From: Octopus vulgaris
Lineage: Eukaryota
Length of the DNA stretch: 64,000 nucleotides
Direction: 5' to 3'
NCBI GenBank assembly: GCA_951406725.2
Contig: OX597816.1
Span: 28,954,001-29,018,000, forward strand
The notes below the pieces were generated by a model. The model was not told the DNA's origin. It did not search any database and saw only the letters and a program-made list of their open reading frames with translations. The stretch's first letter is position 1, and each line of letters begins with the position of its first letter. Shown one piece after another: positions 45,395 to 57,219 of this stretch. Made by a program: the position numbers and the translations under genes.

Positions 45395-45615
45395 AAACCG
45401 TCCTGGTGTTGATAGCTTCGATCTTATTCAGTTCCTTTTGATTTCGATTTAAGGATCAGTTTCAGTCTGCGTAAATACTCAACCTTAAATTTTTCTGTCA
45501 TTTCTATCTCCCTAAATTTATCCATTTCCAAAATACCCAAGTACTTATAAATCTCAGTCCGGAATATACCATATGAACGAGGGAACTGTCTTGGCCTTCA
45601 TCTTTACGATAAAGT
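45395..45615 (-). mobile_element. R4/Dong-type RT fragment
   Basis: Minus strand: YKYLGILEMDK....MTEKFKVEYLRRLKLILKSK (RT domain 7 and thumb). Confidence 0.75.
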
Positions 45616-45624
45616 TTGATTTTG

Positions 45625-45674
<50 letters not shown>

Positions 45675-45677
<3 letters not shown>

Positions 45678-46001
45678 TAGTTTTATTTTTATTTTTATAG
45701 CGTGCTTTCACTTCACTACCGAGCACAGCTCTGTGTGCCTTGGGTTTGTGCTGTGATTTGTTGTGATGCTCTGATGGTTATTGTATGGAAAGTGTTCTGC
45801 GTAGGATGTGTGCAGTGCCCAGTAGTGCAATTTTCTGTATGTTATATGTGTTTGTAAGTCCTGGTGTTTTTGTTATGTATTTGTCTGAATATTTTTTTAT
45901 CATGCCTAATGCACCTACTATGATAGGAATTGTTTCTGTTTTCAGATTCCACATTCTAGTTACCTCTATTTCCAGGTCTTTGTATTTTGAGAGTTTCTCT
46001 C
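45675..46001 (-). mobile_element. Young 5'-truncated R4/Dong 3' end inserted in (TAA)n
   Basis: Uninterrupted frame KLSKYKDLEIEVTRMWNLKTETIPIIVGALGMIKKY..IQKIALLGTAHILRRTLSIQ* plus 3' UTR, with (TTA)n on both sides. Confidence 0.92.
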
Positions 46002-46044
<43 letters not shown>

Positions 46045-46066
46045 TATTATTATTATTATTACTAGT

Positions 46067-46310
46067 CAGTAGTTTTCTTTTTATCACATGCTTACACTGC
46101 ACTACAGAGCGCAGTTCTGTGTGCATTTAGTATGTGCTGTGGTTTGCTGTGATGCTCTTATTTTCACTGTATTGAAGGTGTTTTACGTAGGATGTGTGCG
46201 ATGCCTAGCAGTGCTTTTTTCTGTGTTGTATATATACTTGTTCGTCCTGTTTTTTGCTATGTATTTGTCTTAATATATTTTTATCATACCTAAAGCGTCT
46301 ACTACTATTT
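46067..46310 (-). mobile_element. Second, older copy of the same Dong 3' end
   Basis: Collinear with 45675-45925 but more diverged; it abuts (TTA)n. Confidence 0.85.
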
Positions 46311-46319
46311 CCTGTAAAT

Positions 46320-47860
46320 ATCTTTTGTAATCTACCACGTAAAGCCTTCACTTACCAGTCTAACTGAGAACCTATTATTTGATATTTTTCTGGTTTTACC
46401 TCGTTTTCATTTTTAGTTTCCCTATGTCTTGTTATGACTCTAGCAGCTTTTAATAAACTTACGTCACTATTACCTACATAGGAGTCTATATCTACTCCAG
46501 CTAACTCCGCACGGTCTTCTACTGATAGTAAACCTCTTCCACCTTCCTTTCTAGATAAGTATAATCTTGCTACTTCTGCTATTAGATCGAGTCCTCATTT
46601 GATATTGAATTGTTTCCTTGTTTTTCTGTCTAGTTTTGTTAATTCAGTTTTTGGCCAATCTACAAAAGCTGCTGGGATGATACTGCCCAATATTTCAGCC
46701 ATTATTAGACTCGGACCATTTAGCTTTGACTGGATTGGCCTTCTCGCACTTCTGAGTGCACTTCTCAACTTTCGTCTTCATCTGTCATAATCTAATATTC
46801 CTAGATACTTATAACTCTCTCCTCCTTTCAATGATTTTAATGCCTAGCTATCTGGAAACCGGATGCCTTCATTATTGAAAACCTATCCCTTTCTCATGAC
46901 TAATATTGCACACTTACCTATGCCACAGGAATGTATCTCTTTCTCACTCTTACTGAAGAGCTTCAGATCATCTATGAACTCTTCCTGAACTGATCCCCAG
47001 CATTTATCTTCCTTAATACTAATGGAGAGAGATCAAACATACGACAAATATTAAAGGGAACAAAAATATACCATGGAAAATTCCTGTTTTGATATCATCT
47101 GTCTCTAAAGGTGTGTCATATCAGAGCGTATTACTTCCCATTTCTTTATGATAAAGCTAATTGATTCTCTTATGTTTCTGGTACACTGAATATACTCAAA
47201 CATTTACTTATCCATGAGTGTGGAATCATGTCATAAGCTTTCCTATAATCTACCCAGGTTATTGTTAGCTACTTCTTTCTAACTTTTACTTCATTTAGAA
47301 CTCCTTTGTCTATATATAATAGATCAAGCGTTCCTGTAGCCTTCTTCCTACAGCCTTTCTTTTCTTGAGGCAGTAACTTCTGGCTCTGAAGGTGCTCGTA
47401 AATGCTAGCTGAAATCATTCATATTAGCATCTTCCTCACTAAATTTAAGCAAGTGATTAGTCTACTATTCATAGCTGTATTACCGTTGCTCTTATATTTC
47501 ATAAGCAGTATTTTTCTCGTTCTAGTCATCCAATCTGGTGTTATTCTTTCATTAAGACAATCCTGAAGTTGTTCCTTCAAGCCCACACGTAAACTACTAA
47601 ATTTCTTTCGGCAATACCCTTGAACTTAATCTGGTCCTGGGTCATTCGAATTCTGTATTTTTCCTCTAATTTTACTCAATAATGCACCAGTTAATCTTAG
47701 ATCAGGTTCACATTCTTATTAGTACTGCATCAATCTCTTGTTTTCTTCGCTAGTCCACTTCCTCCATCCTGTTTTCTGTATTATCTGCTGATGCTGTATT
47801 AGTATGACAGCTGTGTTAGTCTGCATCTTTACTAAATCATGGCCGTGCGAGTGGCCTTCC
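46320..47860 (-). mobile_element. R4/Dong-type retrotransposon (N-terminal stub, deletion, RT), pseudogenised
   Basis: Minus strand: RKWTSEENKRLMQY (N-terminal), a 689-bp RT segment matching 34883-35571, then FIDDLKLFSK, YKYLGIL and VARLYLSRKEGGRGLLSVED. Confidence 0.9.
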
Positions 47861-48519
47861 TTTAAAGGTCCAGCTTCCTTTTCGATGTTACCATCAAAGT
47901 TTCTTCGGAACCTCATGTCTCTCGTAAAGTGGGGTATGGTAACGTTCGTCACCAACGCCGACAACACTACTTTTCCCACATCTAATACTTTTAAGCAATT
48001 TTCTGTTGCATCACTTTTTGCTACTCCTTATACTTTTCCATATATTTTTTTGTATGCAAACGAATACGACAACTATCTCATTTCCTTTCGTTAATGTCCA
48101 TTTGCACATCTTCATTCCTTTCCTTTTTCCACTAACTATTCTATTTCCTTCTCTTCTTTTATTCCTCTTTTTCTCTTTCACCTCTCCCCACCTTCCTTTA
48201 TCTCCCTTCTTTCTTCCTGCTATACAAATATACATCCTCCTAAATTACAAGCTGGCATACTGCTCTAACCACATATATTGAAGTTTTTACACATTGTTCT
48301 TACTTAGAAATATTTTCACTGAGGAAGATTTGCGTAAGAGGTGCATTTTCTAATTCATATTATTAGCAGAAAGACCGCCTTCCGAGCGGTTTTCTGCTAG
48401 GCCCTTGATAATATTTTCACATTTGATTCTCAATTCTAATAATTTTATATTTTATGTCTAATTATTCCTTTGTATAAAAGTGCTCATTTGCTTAATAAAT
48501 ATTGCTTTCATTATTTTAT

Positions 48520-49250
48520 CACAGACATAATCTCTCTTTTTTAAACAAACATCATGGTAGCCCAACAACAGCGGGAAACGCAGACTCTCAAGTTTTACCT
48601 TCCCCTCAGAGCAACAGAGAGATTTCGCTTCAGCAGCACATCTGTAAGGTTTGCAGTATATGTGTGTCAGGCAGAGACAGAAGGAGAGAGAACATTGCAG
48701 ACAATGACTGAAATTATCATGAAGTAAAACATCTTATAAATGAAAGTGCATTACTACAGATGTATACGCCGCCGATATTTGTTGCCTCAAAGCATCCAGA
48801 ACAACGGATACTTTTTAACTAAATTTTCTACAAATACCGCTTACATGTTGTGGCTCCACAATAAATTGGGATTTATTAGAAATAATTTTTACGCGTGGTG
48901 GAAAGGGGAGTCTCGCAATGATTAACACGATCTGATATTTTTCACCTCAAAACTTTCAGGAAGTTGGGTATCTTTTACTGAAAATTTATGCAAATCCATT
49001 GCAAATGCCATAGATTACGATTATAAAGAAAATTGTGGGGAAAATGTTTTCGGGGATTTTGCCCATTTTTTAAAGCCACAGACTTGGAAATGATGGGGGG
49101 GGGGAGCATCTTTATCACTCACATATGTATTGATGTTTTTCAATGTTCATCCCCATGAAAAATCCATATGCTATAAAAAAGAAAATTTGAGAAATTATGA
49201 ATATTTTGTAACCCCACTTCTTGCCTCCGATTGTTTCTGTTTAGAAATAA
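48520..49250 (+). mobile_element. Possible DNA-transposon relic (piggyBac-like Cys-rich C-terminus plus subterminal region)
   Basis: ..LPSPQS..QHICKVCS..RRRE and KTSYK*KC loosely resemble the piggyBac cysteine-rich domain. No TIR or TTAA was confirmed. Confidence 0.25.
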
Positions 49251-49426
49251 GAAACTGCAGAGCCTGACAAGTTCATTGTGGGCCTTATCCAGAGTGACAG
49301 AAAAAATTTACGGAAATGTACTTGCATAGCAAGTGACTTGATCTGAGGTTCTGTGCTGAAACATAAACAATTGCAGCACAGATGTTTGTAAGTCATTCAA
49401 GAACACACAAAAACTTTTACTTTCGC

Positions 49427-49677
49427 GGTAGTACTTAAATACAGAGGCCCAGCTTAAATACAGTGGTCCTAATGCATCTACATAACGATATGAAGGGGAG
49501 GGTTAGTTTTGGGGTTAGCGTTAGTTTGAGGGTTAGTTGGAGTTTGGGTTAGGGCTAGGGTGTCATTACACGTCCATACGGCGTTCATTTAAGATGATTT
49601 GTACGTAACATCTATATTTAAGTAGTACCTCTGTATTTAAGAAGCACGTTAAGGGACATCTGTATTTAACTGTCACC
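49427..49677. mobile_element. MITE with TTAGGG-like core and repeated ttaaatacag motifs
   Basis: Termini ggtagtacttaaatacaga / tctgtatttaactgtcacc; internal gggttag repeats; flanks actttcgc / agtttcac (possible 8-bp TSD, 2 mismatches). Confidence 0.65.
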
Positions 49678-49729
49678 AGTTTCACTTCAAGATTGAAATT
49701 TCATTTGTGTCAAAATATTTTCTTCGCTT

Positions 49730-50308
49730 AAGGCGGCAAGCTACAGGAACGTTAGCACGCCGGGCGAATTGCTTAGCGGTATTTCGTCTGCCGTTACTTT
49801 CTGAGTTCAAATTCCACCGAGGTCGACTTTGTCTGTCATCCTTTTGGGCTCGATAAATTAAGTATCAGTTATGTACTGGGATCGAAATAATCGACTTAAT
49901 CCGTTTGTCTGTCCTTGTTTCTCTTCTCTGTCTTTAGCTCCATGTGGGTAGTAAAGAAATAAGTATTTCGTCTGCCGCTCCGTTCTGAGTTCAAATTCCG
50001 CCGAGGTCGACTTTGCCTTTCATCCTTTCGGGGTCGATTAAATAAGTACCAGTTACGCACTGCGGTCGATATAATCGACTTAATCCGTCTGTCTGTCATT
50101 GTTTGTCGTCTCTGTGTTTAATCTCTCGTAGGTAGTAAAGAAATAGGTATTTCGTCTGTCTTACGTTCTGAGTTAAATTTCCGCCGAGATCGACTTTATT
50201 TTTATCCCTTCGGGTTCGATAAATTAAGTACCTGTTACGTACTGGAATCGATTTAGTTGGTTGACCCCCTTCCTCAAAATTTCGGGCCTTGTGCCTAGAT
50301 TAGAAAAG
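49730..50308 (+). mobile_element. SINE family A trimer (one head, three bodies)
   Basis: Body units restart at gtatttcgtctg near 49963 and 50147. One 16-bp TSD flanks the whole: aatattttcttcgctt (49714-29) / aatatcttcgtcgctt (50309-24). Confidence 0.9.
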
Positions 50309-51146
50309 AATATCTTCGTCGCTTTGAAACCGCGAACAGTTCATTGACAAAATTTCACAAAAATGATGCTGCCGGAAGTTTCGTCAGTGAGCACAGACAC
50401 ACACACACACACACAAATTCATTGCCTTTCATGAATGCGTATCTATGTGTGTGCGCGTCACCGTTGAAGTCGCTCGTGCATCTTGTTTTGCATATTATGG
50501 GTTTGTGCTATACACCTTTGGAAACTCTGAATGAGGTGCAGCTTTCGCGTACTTGACGGTAACCTTTTTCTCCCCGTCTTCTAATAGTAATTACTCAACT
50601 TTCTAGGCTCTTCTCACAACTATCACGCGTTCAAAAAATTATCATTCAAGAAATAATATTTTTACTTTAAGTATACATTAATAAGAATAAACTATCGGCT
50701 TTCCAAATAGCGAATTAAAAATTAAAGGAGAAACAGAGAATTCGCAAATGAAAATGGAATACTCCGCAGTGAGTGCAATGAATATTTTAATCTGTGAAGA
50801 ACTGGACGCATTGAATGCAATGAATATTTAAATTTGAGAGAAAGCAGAGTTTAAAAAAATCAATAAACTGGAGAAATCGAAATTATAGGAAATTTCTAAG
50901 AACAAGAATTTATAAAAATATTTCCAAACGGTCAACCCGTCAATAATTGCTCTCTTTGAGTACTTTTAGTAATTGCTATATACCTAATTAATAAGCAGCT
51001 TACTCCATTATTGTATAGATGCAAACCTGAAATGTAAGTATGAAATTAATTCTTAATAACACTATCTGGTTTGTCATCATTATTACATCACACACACAAG
51101 CGCACACACACATACACACACAAACACAAACTCACAAACAAAGACA

Positions 51147-51185
<39 letters not shown>

Positions 51186-52199
51186 CCTGTACAACAATCG
51201 CTTTATCGGGAAAACAAAGAATATGGTATCATACGTAGTTTACAATATTTATCTATCACCCTTCTGAATATTTCAAATAGTAGAACTGTATTTTCCACAG
51301 ATTATTTCTTGGATTTCGTTCCATAATTTAACATTCACTTCTCTTGCGAATAATCGACATTTCATATCTTCGATTGTCTTCCATATTTTGGAGCGAAACA
51401 CACAAATCTAGGTAGATACGTACAAATGAATTTAGTTATACACGTTTATGCCGAATTTTTAACCGTAATTATTTTATTAAAATTTGTTCTTCATTTGAAA
51501 ATACAGGTAGCGTTCTTATCTAAATGTGATATTCTGGCGCAAAAACAATCGGTTTTAAAGACAGTGGCAGCGATGGTAGCGTCACAGGCGTCGGCGGAAG
51601 TGGTGGTGGTAGAGGCGCTTAAGAGTGATGTTAGCGTTGTTAAGATTGAACTAAAAAAAGATAGAGACGGATAGAAACAAAAAGTGAGAGCAGAATTAAT
51701 CAAATGATAGAGAGAAGAGAAGAAAGAGGGAGAGAGATAGAGAGATAGAAATAGCGAGAGAGAGGGAGAGAGAGAAAGATAGAAAGGGAAAGGGAGAGTG
51801 AGATTATTAGGAGTGAAAGACCGAATTAAAATTAGCATGCAACAGAGTAACAGTAAAAAAGATGTGGGGAACTGAATACGAAGACGGACTTTGATAAAGA
51901 AAAATATAAAGAATTTTACGAAAATATAATGTCACTTCGACTTTAGTTAGACACATATAACCACCTCACGCGCTCTTTAATTCACGCGCGTTCTCTATCT
52001 CGCTTTCTCTGCATTACATTAGATGGAAGTATTTTAAAAATATTTTAGTATATATATTAATTGTTTCTGACTTAGGAGTAACAACAGCAAATTTATTATC
52101 ATATATCTTTTTAACTTGCCTCTTTTTTCTAAGCTTCTATCAGTTTTTCGAGTTGTACACACACAACACATGCATATGTACACATATATAAATACACAC

Positions 52200-52431
52200 G
52201 GGCGGCGAGCTGGCAGAAACGTTAGCACGCCGGGCGAAATGCGTAGCCGTATTTCGTCTGTCGTTACGTTTTGAGTTCAAATTCCGCCGAGGCCGACTTT
52301 GCCTTTCATCCTTTCGGGGGTCGATAAATAAAGTACCAGTTACGCACTGGGGTTGATGTAATCGACTTAATCTCTTTGTCTGACCTTGTTTGTCCCCTCT
52401 ATGTTTAGCCCCTTGTGGGTAGTAAAGAAAT
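52200..52431 (+). mobile_element. SINE family A, full length
   Basis: Near-consensus copy; 16-bp TSD atatataaatacacac at 52184-52199 and 52432-52447. Confidence 0.93.
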
Positions 52432-52447
52432 ATATATAAATACACAC

Positions 52448-52686
52448 TCCCAACTACATGGCTCCGGGTTCAGTCTCATTGTGTGGCATTTTGAGCAAGA
52501 ATCTTCTACCAGCCTGGGGCGGACCATAGCTTTACCGGAGAATTTATTAGAAGGAATTGAAAGAAATCCGTCGTGTATACATACCCATACACACACAGAT
52601 ATATATATTCAGTCTTTCATCTGCAATATATATATATAATGTCTACATACATAAACATATACACGCACACACACACACGCACACAT

Positions 52687-52725
<39 letters not shown>

Positions 52726-52756
52726 CACATACGTATATGTATGTATGTTTGTATAC

Positions 52757-52807
<51 letters not shown>

Positions 52808-53070
52808 TATATATACATATATGTATGTATAAGTGTATACGTGTGTCCGCGCACGTCATTGTGTCACTGTCTGTGCCTCATCATCGACTGACAAACGTTG
52901 TTAGTTTGTTTACGTCACCGTATTTTTGCGGTTCGGACAGAAGAACCTAGTGTAGAAATATAGCAATGAAAAATACAAGTACTATGGTTGAATCATCTGA
53001 GTAAATGTTCTTGAAACCGGTGTCCCGGTATAACCGCAGTCTAATGATTGAAACCATGATAAGATAAAAG
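52448..53070 (+). mobile_element. SINE family B, degenerate, with expanded internal microsatellite
   Basis: catggctccgggttcagtc..gcaaga..cttctac and the later ttgtttacgtcacc..gcggttcgg..aatgattgaaac are collinear with 57841-58240. Confidence 0.7.
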
Positions 53071-53725
53071 AAAAAGTGTATATATAAATGTGTGTGTGTG
53101 TGTCTATCAACCTTTAACTCTACAAACTTCATGCAAACTATCATCACTAGGTTATCATTCACACACTACCTAAACCACCTTTCTATTTTCCTCCCACCTT
53201 CCCCCTCAACAACTACCACTAGCCTCATTATAAGCCTTAGATTTTAAACTTTTCCCCCCTGTCACTACACTTTATTTAAGCACCCCCAACTCCCCATTCC
53301 TAACACACTTAGTTCTCCAGAAAATCATTCTTCTTTAAACTCCATCCTGTAAACACCTCAAATGTAAAATTCTCCAATTTAAAATCCTCCCCTGAAGGCG
53401 GAGCCACTATTATTCAATAATGGATGCATGTAACTATCGTTATTCCAGACCTCCAAGCCCCAAGAAACAGCTATTGGACTCGTAAAACTCTACCCATTTA
53501 ACTCCTGATATCATTTATATTCTATTTGACATCCATACACATGTACATATTTTTTCTATTATATGTATTTAATATTCTGTGTAAATCGACTTGCTTAACT
53601 TGATTATCATTACATTTACTCATCTACTAGCTCAAGTTCAAATCTCTTGATCAATTCGATGAGCAATAACATGCACCAAATATCGATTCAGGACATCACT
53701 ATACCGGAAGCCGACCTTCACTGGA

Positions 53726-53802
<77 letters not shown>

Positions 53803-54339
53803 GAGAGAGAGAGAGATCGTGATACCCACTACGGAGAAATGATCAAGCTCAGTAGCAATCAACTAACAAATACTCTCTCCGAAAAGATACAAAAGATATG
53901 CTACCCAAGACAGTATTCATGAGTAATACAACACTTCGCAAATATCTCCTTCGAGTAAAACCACCAATAGAGGAGAATATGACCAAAAACTGCGTGTACT
54001 ACATCCCATGAAGCTGTGGTAGGTTATACAAAGGAGAAACATGCCGCCCCCTCAAAATAAGGGTAGAGGAACATCGCAAAGTTGTGACACGAGAAGATAT
54101 TGATGAATCGGGTACAGCTGATCATGTATGAAAAAATGAAGATCGCCTCCCCCTGTGGGATGAAGTTAAAATAATAGACAGAGAACACCACTGGAAAATA
54201 CGAAAACTGAAAGAAGCAGCGCACATGCTAAGACACAACAACCCCCTAAGCAGACCGAATGCAGATATGAGTAGCTTATGGGAACCGGTATTAAGGAAAG
54301 ATAAGAAAATATTAGATTTATAAGCCCTAAAATTCATTC

Positions 54340-54412
54340 CATGATTGCGTAGTGGTTAAGAGCGCGTGCTACTAACCCGAAGACTCCGAGTTCGATCCCA
54401 GCCCGTGAGCTG
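54340..54412 (+). mobile_element. tRNA-like SINE head or tRNA pseudogene followed by (CTA)n
   Basis: A-box-like tgcgtagtggtt, B box gagttcgatccc and loop ctactaa. Acceptor and anticodon stems do not pair well, so it is not a functional tRNA. Confidence 0.7.
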
Positions 54413-54506
<94 letters not shown>

Positions 54507-54507
54507 A

Positions 54508-54539
<32 letters not shown>

Positions 54540-54583
54540 ATAATAATAATAGGTATGAGTACCCAGGTTCGAAATTTCCCCAA

Positions 54584-54629
54584 GGCACATGATGAAGGCT
54601 GGAGGGTATATCAGCCGAAACGTTGTGTT
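54584..54629 (+). ncRNA. Minimal type I hammerhead ribozyme motif, C3-to-A variant
   Basis: ggcac-aTGATGA-a-ggctg-gagggtatat-cagcc-GAAA-cgtt-gtgtt: stem I ggcac/gtgtt, stem II ggctg/cagcc, palindromic aacgtt at stem III. Confidence 0.7.
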
Positions 54630-54733
54630 AACAACAAACAAGATGAGGACCAAGAATCGTCAAATGTAAATAATGTACATAATTCCTCATCTCTTAAATA
54701 TAGAAATGAAAGACATATCAAAAAAAAAATTTA

Positions 54734-55509
54734 TGTCACGAGAAATGAAATCCCAAAGAAAGTATTGTATGACACCCAAACAGCTTAAAACACTTTCAAG
54801 TATCATAATAAAAAGAATGGAGACACTGGTATTGAGCCCTAAATGTAAGAGACATTAAACGTCATAGCGGAGTTTAATTTTCAATAGGAGAGAAGTAATG
54901 GGAGACAAATTCTAAGAAGGGGAGAAGTTGTGGAAGGATTCAGACCACTCCCATATGACTAAAAGTGGAATGACACGTTGCTATAAAATAAAGGATTGCC
55001 AGTAGTTCATAGGTAAGTAGTTCACCGTGAGCCGTTGGCAGAGAGCATTTCTCGTGTCACAGTAATCGTAATGCGTGGTGTAAATGCTTCTTAAAAAAAA
55101 TGTCACGAGAAATGAAATCCCCATGGAAGTATTGTACGACACGTTTGAGGTACCAACACTCAAACAGTTTGAAACACTTTCAAGCATCATAATAAAGAAC
55201 GAAAACACTGGAATTAAGCCCTAAATGTAAGAGACATTAAATGTCAGAGCAGAATTTAATTCTCAATCGGGGAGAAGTAATGGGAGACTAATTCTAAGAC
55301 GGGGAAATGTTGTAGAAAGGTTTCGATCACCCCCATGTGACCAAAAGGGGAATGACACGTTGCTATAAAATAAAGGACTGCCAGTAGTTCATAGGTAGGT
55401 AGATCCCTGTGAGCCGTTAGTAGAGAGCGTTTCTCGTTTCACAGTAATCGTAGTGCGTGGTGTAAATACTCCTTTTCTCTCTACTTCGTTAAATTATTCA
55501 TCCAACACA
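54734..55509 (+). repeat. Tandem duplication of an LTR-like unit of about 365 bp (54734-55092; 55101 to about 55475)
   Basis: Both units start tgtcacgagaaatgaaatccc and contain gctataaaataaagg. Similarity is high throughout. Confidence 0.85.
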
Positions 55510-56175
55510 AAGATGTAAAAGCAGCAAAGGAAACAATTATGGCACCCTACATTTTTTGTTTCATCTAATAATGCACTAAACAGTCTGTTATTTCAAAATT
55601 TACACGTCACTATTAATTATTATTTTATTTTCAAAAAAATTTTTTATTTGAAAATATCTTATTTTCAAATAAAAAATTCTGAATAATTTTCTTTATGTGG
55701 TCCAGAAAACTGATTTTGTCTTCATCAGAAATGCATAGATGTATATCACGCAAAGAGCACAGAATAGATGCATGGGCATAAATATTTTTCTGATAACTAT
55801 GAAGCATGATATTTCCCAACTAAGGTGGAAATAACAGCAGGACTCACTGTCAAATCACTTTGCTGACTAGCATTTCTTAAATACACATAAATAGTGTAAG
55901 CACTACTATCCACAACATGAAGGACTTTACCACCAGCTTTCATTCCGGAGATGGCCAGTATATCCACTGAGTAACTTTCATAGAATGTTAAGCAATATTC
56001 TTCGTGAGACTTTTCATTATAAATTCAAGCAGACGGATACTTGCGCTTTGATAGGTACCAGATGATGTAAAGAAATTAAGTGTATCTCTATTACTTGAAT
56101 TTTGCTCCAAATATTCAGTTTCGGTGTTTTTTCTGCGGGTGTGCCGAACCAACCACATGGTGGAGTCATACATTT

Positions 56176-56606
56176 GGGATCTTTTCGGTTTGAACGGCAG
56201 TTTTTAAAATAATTTCTAGGAAACTAAACAATTTTAAACTTCGTATACTGGCAGAATGTGTTTATAAAACATATTTTTCTCTTGGCTTTATTGAGAAAAT
56301 TCTATAGTTTGTAAGATATTTGTTGTTTTTTTCTTCAATTTCTGCAATTACAACCAATCAGTGACGTCTATTGAGGTAAAAAACATTCTGTGCCGTATGA
56401 ATATGTCCCTCGTTTAAGAAACAGATTGGGTTTATTTACATTTGCGAAGAAAAAATATACCCTTCTCCCCACCACTAACCCTAATCCTAACCCTAAATAA
56501 CCCTAAAATAGATTGAAATGCACTAGATCGATACTAGGGTCATGATTATGTGTGACAATTTCGTATGACACCGCTAGAAAACTGCCGTTGAAACCGAAAA
56601 GATTCT
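56176..56606 (-). mobile_element. MITE with internal TTAGGG repeats, copy 2
   Basis: TIRs gggatcttttcggtttgaacggcagttt / aaaactgccgttgaaaccgaaaagattct; flanks acattt / gcattt; reverse complement of 21830-22244. Confidence 0.88.
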
Positions 56607-57081
56607 GCATTTGTTTTGTTTTGTTTTTTGTCCATTATGTTATTCTAAAAGTTATACATTCCATAAAGTGGATAGTCTTTTTTATCCCTTAGTGATTTTT
56701 AAGTGAGCTCTAAGCTATTCGCCCACCAAGAGTGTGTCACCAAAAATGGCGTAAGATTACATAGGGTAAACATTTTGCATTTCCTCTTTGTGTCGTGTGA
56801 TTGAAGGCCATGCAACATGTTTGTTTAATTTTTATCGATATATTGTCATAACATAGACAATTTTATCAGTCATCTCGCAGTCTCGGTGATTAGGTATCTT
56901 GTGCAGATGATCCAGAATTGTAACGGCTGGGTTTATGCCTATTTATCTGATCTCGTATGTTTACACATATCTCAATGCCATGTTATCTCCCTCTCCCTTT
57001 ATCTCCCTTTATCTCCCTTTATCTATCTTTATGTATTTATATACATACATATATATGTGTGTGTATATATCTATATACATA

Positions 57082-57219
<138 letters not shown>

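Larger units (their letters stand above)
53817..54705 (+). mobile_element. Penelope/Poseidon-type PLE 3' end (GIY-YIG plus terminal repeat), interrupted by a tRNA-like insert
   Basis: LSEKIQKIC..LRKYLLRVKP..NCVYYIP*SCGRLYKGETCRPLKIRVEEHRK..SGTADHV..WDEVKIIDRE..RKLKEAAHM; a hammerhead motif lies downstream. Confidence 0.88.

Noticed and set aside
48524-48644. Candidate host exon (ttttatcacag ... ct/gtaagg)
   Set aside because: Splice-like signals exist, but the donor is weak, no partner exons were found, and the region may be a transposase relic. RNA-seq is needed.
51426-51674. 82-aa ORF with an Ala/Val-rich end
   Set aside because: Derived from a decayed (GTG/GCG) low-complexity tract; no domain similarity recognised.
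54003-54020. TGA at a conserved Cys position (IP*SCG) in the GIY-YIG remnant as selenocysteine
   Set aside because: The copy is truncated and has another stop (DHV*), so a single TGC-to-TGA mutation is the simpler explanation.
54340-54412. Functional tRNA gene
   Set aside because: Acceptor and anticodon stems do not pair and there is no oligo-T terminator; it runs into a microsatellite tail like a SINE.
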